The notes below the pieces were generated by a model. It worked only from the letters and a program-made list of their open reading frames with translations, had not been told where the DNA came from and ran no database searches. This document shows, one piece after another, positions 57,436 through 64,000 of a stretch of 64,000 nucleotides of DNA (positions within the stretch are counted from its first letter, which is position 1; every line of letters begins with the position of its first letter). Both the position numbers and the translations under genes were made by a program. The stretch comes from Bacillota bacterium (GTDB taxonomy: Bacteria > Bacillota > Clostridia > Christensenellales > Borkfalkiaceae): positions 1,284 to 65,283 of the forward strand of contig QAKE01000021.1 in the NCBI GenBank assembly GCA_003343995.1, given 5' to 3'.

Positions 57436-58064
57436 GTTTGACCGATTTGAGCGTGAAGGACTTTCTCGCGGAAACGGCGTCCTCGTCGCCCTCCACGGGC
57501 GGCGGCTGCGTTTCGGCGCTCGCGGGCGCGCTGTCCGCGGCGCTTTCCGCCATGGTGGCAAACCTGACGGACGGCGAAAAATACGGCGACGTGTGCGAGG
57601 AAATGCGGCAAATTGCCGAAAAAGCCGCCGCGTTGAAGGATAAACTCGCCGCCTCGGTGCAAAAGGACGCCGACAGCTTTTCGGAATATATGGCGGCGCT
57701 GAAACTGCCGAAGGATACCGAGGAAAACATCGCGTTGCGCCGCGCGGCGATGCAGCGGGGCTTGAAAAACGCCGCGCTCGTGCCGCTGGAAACGGCGGAG
57801 CGCGCGCTGGAAATTTTTCCGCTGGCGGCGGCGGTGGTGAAAAGGGGCAATCAAAACGCTTTGAGCGACGGGTTGGTTTCCGCCATGCTGGCGAAAACGG
57901 CGGTGTACGGCGCGCTGTTCAACGTGCGCATCAATCTCGGCGGGATCAAGGACGCGGCGTTTGCGGAAGAGATTTTCGCAAAAACGGACGAGATAAAAAA
58001 ACAAGCGGAAGAAAGCGAACGGGCAATATTGCGTTCGGCGGAGCTTTCCGCGGCGTTCGCTTAA
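57432..58064 (+). CDS. Formimidoyltetrahydrofolate cyclodeaminase-family protein
   Basis: Trimmed to Met85 of the tracked ORF (ATGA overlap with ftcD). Contains SVKDFLAETASSSPSTGGGCVSALAGALSAALSAMVANLT, typical of the cyclodeaminase/cyclohydrolase family. Confidence 0.85.
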   Translation: MSLTDLSVKDFLAETASSSPSTGGGCVSALAGALSAALSAMVANLTDGEKYGDVCEEMRQIAEKAAALKDKLAASVQKDADSFSEYMAALKLPKDTEENIALRRAAMQRGLKNAALVPLETAERALEIFPLAAAVVKRGNQNALSDGLVSAMLAKTAVYGALFNVRINLGGIKDAAFAEEIFAKTDEIKKQAEESERAILRSAELSAAFA

Positions 58065-58198
58065 AAAAGCGGGCGAGAAGGGGCTTTCGGTAGTTTATAA
58101 GGATATTTTGCGCCGAAACGCTTTACCCAAGTAAAACATTTGTATCGGTAAAACACCGCACGAGCGGTATTTTATAAAAAAGGAGAAGGAGAAAAACA

Positions 58199-59335
58199 AT
58201 GAAAAAAGCATGGAAATTACTGTGCGCACTGCTTGCTGCGGTGCTGGCGTTCGGGCTCGTCGCCTGCAACCCCGAGAAAGGGCCGGATGACGGCGGTAAC
58301 GGAGGGAATGAGACAAAGATCGAAATCGCAGGCACGTATAGCATCGATTTGTCTGCCATGGAGATGCCTCTTACGATTTATTTAAAAGTAGAGGAAAACG
58401 GGGATTTTAAATTTTCCAATACCAAGACCTTCGAGATGGAAAAGTCGTCGGGCACTATCAGCAAAACCAGTACCGATTACCTAATGCTGTACAAAAAGGT
58501 GAACGGGAATGACGTAACGGGAAAAACTTGTAATTTAACAAAAGAAACAAACGGCAATTTAAAATTTGTTGGTACAATTTTATATGCAAGTGTAACTATT
58601 CCGAGTCCGATGCAAAATGAAGATACGGGAGACGACGTATATTTCTTTGGCGTACCCGTAACGGGGGACGAAGGTGGCGAGAGCGGCAATACTCTGGAAA
58701 TCGGGTTGTATAAATGGTCCGACGAAAAGAATCAATACTATCTTAATCTGTTGGAAGGCGGCAGCTTTACCGCGTTCGTTTATTATACGGGAATGGCTTC
58801 GGGGTATGCTTACGACTACGGTACGTATACGAAAATGGGGGCTATGTGCAGAATGACTTCTTCCGTATATAAAGATGCGGAAGATAAAACAAAGCCGTTG
58901 ACGGAATCGGTTACAGTTGATACGGAAGGCGTGATTAAAGCCGACGTTAAATTGACTCCCTTTGCAAAAGCCACAAAAGAAATCACGCTTACGGCGGTAA
59001 CGGAAAAGGTTGATGTGGCATTAACGTATGAGGGGACGAAAGTGATGCCTCCGATGATGGGAAATGCGACATATAATCTTGAACTGACGATTCTTTCGGA
59101 CGGTTCGTATACGTTTACGTCGACAAACGTTTCGGGCGAGGGCGAGCCTTATACCGAAACGGGCTTTATCGGTTTGGAGAACAATATGAGCGGTAAAGGC
59201 GTTATTATTCCGCAGGGAGTAACGACCGCAGGAGAAATTACCATTGGAGAAGACGAATCTATTACGTTTAAAGTTCCCGTGGTTACGGGCACGCCTCGCG
59301 GCAGTGTAACGTTGGCGCCTAAAGCGGCGGCGTAA
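58199..59335 (+). CDS. Lipoprotein of unknown function with three internal repeats
   Basis: Lipobox LVAC and a Gly/Asn-rich linker. Three beta-rich modules share Y.L.L...G.F.F (LTIYLKVEENGDFKFS, YYLNLLEGGSFTAFVY, YNLELTILSDGSYTFTS). Confidence 0.65.
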   Translation: MKKAWKLLCALLAAVLAFGLVACNPEKGPDDGGNGGNETKIEIAGTYSIDLSAMEMPLTIYLKVEENGDFKFSNTKTFEMEKSSGTISKTSTDYLMLYKKVNGNDVTGKTCNLTKETNGNLKFVGTILYASVTIPSPMQNEDTGDDVYFFGVPVTGDEGGESGNTLEIGLYKWSDEKNQYYLNLLEGGSFTAFVYYTGMASGYAYDYGTYTKMGAMCRMTSSVYKDAEDKTKPLTESVTVDTEGVIKADVKLTPFAKATKEITLTAVTEKVDVALTYEGTKVMPPMMGNATYNLELTILSDGSYTFTSTNVSGEGEPYTETGFIGLENNMSGKGVIIPQGVTTAGEITIGEDESITFKVPVVTGTPRGSVTLAPKAAA

Positions 59336-59380
59336 ATTTGCGGAAACGAAAAATAACAGAAACAATAAGGAGAACGTATT

Positions 59381-60049
59381 ATGAGATCATCTAAGGCATT
59401 TTTTAATTGGGCGTTCAACACGCGCGCCAAAACCGTTATGAAAATTTTTAACGACGAACCCGTTTCCCCCGAAAAGATGTTTTTAAGCTTCTGCTCGCAC
59501 GACCCCACGTTTATTTCGCACGGGCCGGAAGGGCTGAACGGCAGCATCAAGGGCATCGGCTTTATGCCGAAGCCCGAATATCTGGAAGAAACCCTCGAGG
59601 CGTATATCAAGCACATCAAAACGTACGATCCGGAAGATAAAACCTATTCCAAACGCGGTTTGGGCGTTTTGATCAAATACATGTACGGCGAGGACGCGCA
59701 CGACAGAGTGGACTTCGAGCACATCGGTTCGCTGGAAATGGCGAAAAAACATTCCTACGCCAACTACAAGGCGAATCCCGAGGCGACGCTTTTATTCTAT
59801 CAGCCGCCCATGGTTTCCTTCGAGGTGCGCGGAAAAATGCACATTTACGACGAAACGGAATCGGGCAAGCGCGAAATTTATCAGCAGTTCATCAACGCGC
59901 AGCACGACATGTATCATAACCCCGATATGTCGAGATGGCTCAAATATCCCGCGTACGTGATGGATATCGAGGAAATTTACGATAACAGCGCCACGAAGGA
60001 AGGGTTCGGCGTTCAGCTGGAATACCCGATGCCCAAAGATAAAGAATAA
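59381..60049 (+). CDS. Hypothetical cytoplasmic protein (222 aa), no family recognised
   Basis: SD AAGGAGA 7 nt upstream. No signal peptide or TM helices. Followed by a terminator. Confidence 0.6.
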   Translation: MRSSKAFFNWAFNTRAKTVMKIFNDEPVSPEKMFLSFCSHDPTFISHGPEGLNGSIKGIGFMPKPEYLEETLEAYIKHIKTYDPEDKTYSKRGLGVLIKYMYGEDAHDRVDFEHIGSLEMAKKHSYANYKANPEATLLFYQPPMVSFEVRGKMHIYDETESGKREIYQQFINAQHDMYHNPDMSRWLKYPAYVMDIEEIYDNSATKEGFGVQLEYPMPKDKE

Positions 60050-60074
60050 AATCAAAACGGACTTTGCTTTAACG

Positions 60075-60103
60075 GTCGGCGGCGCGTTGCGCCGCCGGCT
60101 TTA
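60075..60103 (+). terminator. Probable terminator
   Basis: GTCGGCGGCGC-gtt-GCGCCGCCGGC hairpin with a short T tail. Confidence 0.5.
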
Positions 60104-60117
60104 AGGAAACACTTAGA

Positions 60118-62007
60118 ATGAAATATTTACTGAAAAAATTCACCCTTGCGCTGCTGACGTGCGTTTTGGCGTTTTCGGCGGTATTTGCCGCGGGGTGCGG
60201 AACATCTATATCGGAAAGGAGAAACGATAAAAGCTCCACGCTGTACGTGGGGTTTGTTTCGTCTGCTTTTCCGACTTCGCTTTTTCCATGGCTTTCGCGT
60301 GACGGTATAGCAACCACCGTTGCAAGTATGTTGTATAATACTCTGTTTTCTTTTGACGACGATACGGGGGAGTATTTGCCTTCTATCGGAAAAAGTTGGT
60401 GCTATACGGATTATGAAGGCAATGAACTCGTGGATAAAAACGGTAAAATAGACTATAAGCAGGTGGAAGAATATTATTCCGACACCTCTAAAGATTATAT
60501 GGTGGTAAAAATTACCTTGTTTGACAATGCAAAATGGAGCGACGGAGAATCCGTAACTGCGGAGGATGTTTATTATACGTTGGATGTTGCGACCGATAAC
60601 GATTATTCCGGTCATGCCGGAGCATTGGCGTGGACGGGTGATTTACAGCATTCTTCCCAAAAAGGAAAACTTATAAAGCAAGGTGTTTTTACGCGCAATC
60701 ACGATGATTGGGGAACATATTCCTATGCATCAGACGGCTCGGATACGGTATTATATTTACATGTGAACAAAGTGCTCGGAGCAGTGTCTACGCTCTTTAC
60801 GTCCATACTGATTTTGCCGGAGCATATTTGGAAACCTATCGTAAACGGAAATAATCAGCTGAACAATAAAGCGCCGAATGAAGTGTTTCAAAAGGAATAT
60901 GAAAACCCCGTCGGATGCGGCGCTTGGACGCTTGTTTCTGCCAGCAGGCAGATGATTGTGTTGAAAAATCGGGGAATGGATTATCACCTGAAAGATAAAA
61001 ACGATAGCACAAAACCTTTATATAAAGTCGATACCATTAAATTTATGTGCTATTTAGAACAAAATACTGCCATTTATGCTTTACTTAAGGGATATGTCGA
61101 TCTTCTCGATATGTCGATCAGTTCCAATTACGTGAAACTTTTTGAAAATGAAGAAAATATTTTGCTGAATAAAGTAACCGGTACTTCCGTAAATACCCTC
61201 GTAATGAATGTCAATCCAAAAGATTCTAATATTACGCCTATGCGCACGGTGTTGAAAAACAAGGATGTGCGAAAGGCGATTGCCCTTTCCATTCAACAAG
61301 AGGATTTGGTGAAATACGTGCTTAACGATGCGGGAAAGCGCGCGGGAGCAGGATTGATGCTGGAAAACCAAAGTGCGCTTTATAATCCGGAATCGGATAT
61401 TTTGTCCGGCGATTACGAAGAACGAGTAACGCAAGCGAACCGTATTTTGGATGAAACGGAAAACGGAAGATATGCTGATAAGGACAAGAACGGTTATCGT
61501 TTGGTCGACGGCATCCGTATGCATTTTGAAATATTGGCAAATCCGGGGGAGCTGGAGCTCGTTTCCTATCTGCAGCAGCAGTTCCAGAAAATCGGCGTGG
61601 AAGTGGAATATAAGGCAGAAGGTTCCATGGCGGAGGATACTTATCTTTTCGACGGGAATTTCGATATGACCTTTCAGGCAACGATATTTAACGTAAGCAA
61701 TATCGACGTGATGTATCGCTCGCATTTTGAACAGGTAGACAGCCGTTCGTCCAATTACGGAAGGTTAATGGATAAAACGTTGAATGAAACGATTGCGCAA
61801 ATGCGCACAACGCTGAATCTTGATTTGAAATACGAATTGGTAAAGAAAATACAAATATTGATAGCGGAAAACTACTATAAAGTTCCCGTATATTCGTCCG
61901 ATACGATTTCGGTGGCGCGTACGGATAGGTTTAAAGGCTATACTTCCGGCGCGGGTGAAACTGTTTTCAATCTTGATATGTTGGAAGTTTTAGAGAAGGT
62001 GGCGTAA
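60118..62007 (+). CDS. ABC transporter substrate-binding lipoprotein, family 5 (peptide/nickel, OppA/DppA-like)
   Basis: Lipobox FAAGC, 629 aa, SBP_bac_5-like pattern. Directly followed by OppB- and OppC-type permeases. Confidence 0.85.
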   Translation: MKYLLKKFTLALLTCVLAFSAVFAAGCGTSISERRNDKSSTLYVGFVSSAFPTSLFPWLSRDGIATTVASMLYNTLFSFDDDTGEYLPSIGKSWCYTDYEGNELVDKNGKIDYKQVEEYYSDTSKDYMVVKITLFDNAKWSDGESVTAEDVYYTLDVATDNDYSGHAGALAWTGDLQHSSQKGKLIKQGVFTRNHDDWGTYSYASDGSDTVLYLHVNKVLGAVSTLFTSILILPEHIWKPIVNGNNQLNNKAPNEVFQKEYENPVGCGAWTLVSASRQMIVLKNRGMDYHLKDKNDSTKPLYKVDTIKFMCYLEQNTAIYALLKGYVDLLDMSISSNYVKLFENEENILLNKVTGTSVNTLVMNVNPKDSNITPMRTVLKNKDVRKAIALSIQQEDLVKYVLNDAGKRAGAGLMLENQSALYNPESDILSGDYEERVTQANRILDETENGRYADKDKNGYRLVDGIRMHFEILANPGELELVSYLQQQFQKIGVEVEYKAEGSMAEDTYLFDGNFDMTFQATIFNVSNIDVMYRSHFEQVDSRSSNYGRLMDKTLNETIAQMRTTLNLDLKYELVKKIQILIAENYYKVPVYSSDTISVARTDRFKGYTSGAGETVFNLDMLEVLEKVA

Positions 62008-62008
62008 T

Positions 62009-63010
62009 ATGAAAGCATCATACGTAATAAAGCGAATTTTACTTACGATACTGATTTTCTTCATCGTGGTAACGCTATGTTTCTTTATTCCGCGTATCGG
62101 CGTAACCGATCCCGCTTCTCGTTATTATCCTGCACAAACGGCGGGCATGAGTGATGAAGCTTATGAAATCATTAAAGAAGAAGTCAGAAAACAGTACGGA
62201 TTGGACGGTTCCACTTTTGACCAATATCTCCGTTATATGGGAAATCTTTTCAGTGGGGATTTAGGAACGTCCTATCAATCGGGCAATCCCGCGGTCATCG
62301 ACTGCATTGCGGAATGTCTGCCGTGGACGCTGGTGCTTTCGGTGAGCAATCTGCTGATCTCTTTGATTATCGGCATTTTAATCGGCACGATGGCGGCGTG
62401 GAAGCGGGGGCGATGGCAGGATAAAGCCTTGCTCAACGCCTCCACCATCACGACGGCGCTGCCCGCGTTCTTCATCGCGCTGATATTGTCGTTCTATCTC
62501 GGTTTCGAGTGGGAAATTTTCCCCGCGTATACCGATCAGAATATGGTTTCCGGTTTCGATTGGAGCTGGAGCGCCATATCCACGGTGCTCTATAACGCCG
62601 CCCTGCCGATCTTCGCCATGGCGATCGGCGGCATCGTTTCCTACGGGCAGTCCACGCGAAACAGCGTGATCGCCGTTTCGGGGGACGACTTCATTCTCAC
62701 GGCAAAGGCGAAGGGGCTTTCCAACAACAAGGTCATTTACGGGCACACGCTCAGAAACGCCATGCTGCCCATCGTAACGCAGTTCGGCATGAACGTGAGC
62801 GGGCTCATCGGCGGCTCGGTGGTCATCGAACAGATCTTCAACTGGAACGGTATGGGCACGCTGTTTTTAACGGCGAACAGCAATAACGACTATCCGCTGA
62901 TGATGGGCATCATGATCTTCATGTCCGCCTTCGCGCTGGTGGCGAACCTGCTTACCGACTTCGTTTACAGCATGCTCGATCCGCGCGTCACGTTGGGGGA
63001 ACGAAGATGA
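62009..63010 (+). CDS. ABC transporter permease (OppB/DppB-like)
   Basis: N-terminal YVIKRILLTILIFFIV helix and an EAA-type loop (TAKAKGLSNNKVIYGHTLRNAMLPI). Confidence 0.9.
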   Translation: MKASYVIKRILLTILIFFIVVTLCFFIPRIGVTDPASRYYPAQTAGMSDEAYEIIKEEVRKQYGLDGSTFDQYLRYMGNLFSGDLGTSYQSGNPAVIDCIAECLPWTLVLSVSNLLISLIIGILIGTMAAWKRGRWQDKALLNASTITTALPAFFIALILSFYLGFEWEIFPAYTDQNMVSGFDWSWSAISTVLYNAALPIFAMAIGGIVSYGQSTRNSVIAVSGDDFILTAKAKGLSNNKVIYGHTLRNAMLPIVTQFGMNVSGLIGGSVVIEQIFNWNGMGTLFLTANSNNDYPLMMGIMIFMSAFALVANLLTDFVYSMLDPRVTLGERR

Positions 63011-64000
63011 AAACTTTAAAGAGTATCGGATTGTTTTTCAAACGTCTCGCCTTCGGCACGGGCGGTTTCATCAAAAAACTCTGGCAGCACAAGCAGGGCA
63101 GAGTGGGGCTGATCATCGTAACCTTTCTGGCGATTTTAGCGATCTTCGCGCCGCTCATCGCGCCGTACGATCCGTACGACGTGACGCAGCGGGCGGAAAA
63201 GGGGCTTACCCCCTCGTGGGAACACTTGCTCGGCACGTCGATCACCACGGGGCAGGATATCTTCTCCATGCTCATTTACGGCACACGCTCCTCGCTGAGC
63301 ATCGGTCTGATCACCGGCGTCGTCATCGCGGTGCTCGGTTCTCTGCTCGGCATCGCGGCGGGATATCTCGGCGGCTGGGTGGATACGCTGATCATGCGCG
63401 TCGTGGACGTGCTCCTCGTCATTCCCACCCTGCCCCTCGTCATCGTGATGACAAACGTGCTCGGCACGAGCTACGCCGTCATCGTGCTGGTGTTTGCGGC
63501 GTTCGGCTGGACGGGGCTCGCCCGCGTCATCCGCGCGCAGGTCATGCTCATTAAAAACGCGAACTACGTCAAGGCGGCGGAGCTTTCCGGCGCAAGCAAA
63601 TGGTATATCATGTGGCGGCATATCCTGCCCGCCGTGTCGAATTTGCTCATCATGAGCACGGCGCTCACCAGCGCGGGCATCATGGTGGCGGAGGCGGGGC
63701 TTTCCTTCCTCGGTCTCGGCAATCCCACGGCGATCAGCTGGGGCAAAATGCTGGCGGACGCGCAGAGCGGCGGCGCCATGCTGTTCGGGCATTGGTGGAG
63801 TATTCTCGCGCCGGGCGTCGGCATTTTCCTTTCGGTATATTCCTTTATGCGCATCGGCTTGGCGCTCGAAGAAATTCTCAACCCGAGAATGCGCAAGGGC
63901 AGCAGCATGATCAAGGTGTTCAAGCACCTCAACAATACTTATTTAGACGAAGTGTTTTCCTCCATGGACGAGGAGAGCAAATTAAAGGGCGAATACGCCG
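63007..64000 (+). CDS. ABC transporter permease (OppC/DppC-like), 3' end outside the window; not in the ORF track
   Basis: ATGA overlap with the preceding permease. The frame is open to the window end and translates to MKTLKSIGLFF...APYDPYDV...HLLGTS..GQDIFS...AAELSGASKWYIMWRHILP... Confidence 0.85.
   Translation, partial: MKTLKSIGLFFKRLAFGTGGFIKKLWQHKQGRVGLIIVTFLAILAIFAPLIAPYDPYDVTQRAEKGLTPSWEHLLGTSITTGQDIFSMLIYGTRSSLSIGLITGVVIAVLGSLLGIAAGYLGGWVDTLIMRVVDVLLVIPTLPLVIVMTNVLGTSYAVIVLVFAAFGWTGLARVIRAQVMLIKNANYVKAAELSGASKWYIMWRHILPAVSNLLIMSTALTSAGIMVAEAGLSFLGLGNPTAISWGKMLADAQSGGAMLFGHWWSILAPGVGIFLSVYSFMRIGLALEEILNPRMRKGSSMIKVFKHLNNTYLDEVFSSMDEESKLKGEYA

Overview
This is a 64-kb chromosomal window from a moderately GC-rich Bacillota (Clostridia-like) genome. 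Supporting signs are a T-box leader, spoVG, rny, cinA-recA, Gram-positive lipoboxes and strong Shine-Dalgarno sites. I call about 60 protein genes, mostly on the + strand and mostly core housekeeping or metabolism. In order they are: a feoA/feoB locus at the 5' edge; an SDR and a DUF815 ATPase; ilvC; an AT-rich lipoprotein islet; an NMT1/SsuA-like ABC importer; ftsK-rimO-(small ORF)-pgsA-cinA-recA-rny; a membrane zinc-ribbon protein; a membrane-tethered XRE regulator; a GNAT; upp-spoVG; murC; a small clan-SF peptidase coupled to an ABC exporter; proA-cysK; mgsA; a second feo locus (dtxR-like, feoA, feoA, feoB, Cys-rich peptide); an AT-rich XRE module; copA; pstS-pstCA-pstB-phoU; a Leu T-box-controlled ilvN-leuA-cimA-leuCDB-ilvD-ilvB operon; mntP; an aldo/keto reductase; a hutH-hutU-hutI-ftcD-cyclodeaminase operon; and a lipoprotein, an unknown gene and an Opp/Dpp-like ABC importer that runs off the 3' edge. 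I recognised no rRNA, tRNA, CRISPR array, transposase, integrase or prophage genes. I see no convincing novel multi-gene (for example defence) system. The most unusual observations are: (1) a PstS, and probably also the SsuA-like binding protein, whose motif order indicates circular permutation; (2) a soluble Ser/His clan-SF peptidase translationally coupled to an ABC exporter; (3) a copA-copZ fusion that keeps an internal SD+ATG; (4) FeoB fused to the Cys-rich peptide that is a separate gene in the paralogous locus; (5) several orphan operators or leaders and AT-rich islets with uncharacterised genes. Many long ORFs in the track are antisense or out-of-frame artefacts of GC-rich coding sequence and are not reported. 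All family assignments come from motif recognition by eye, not database searches.
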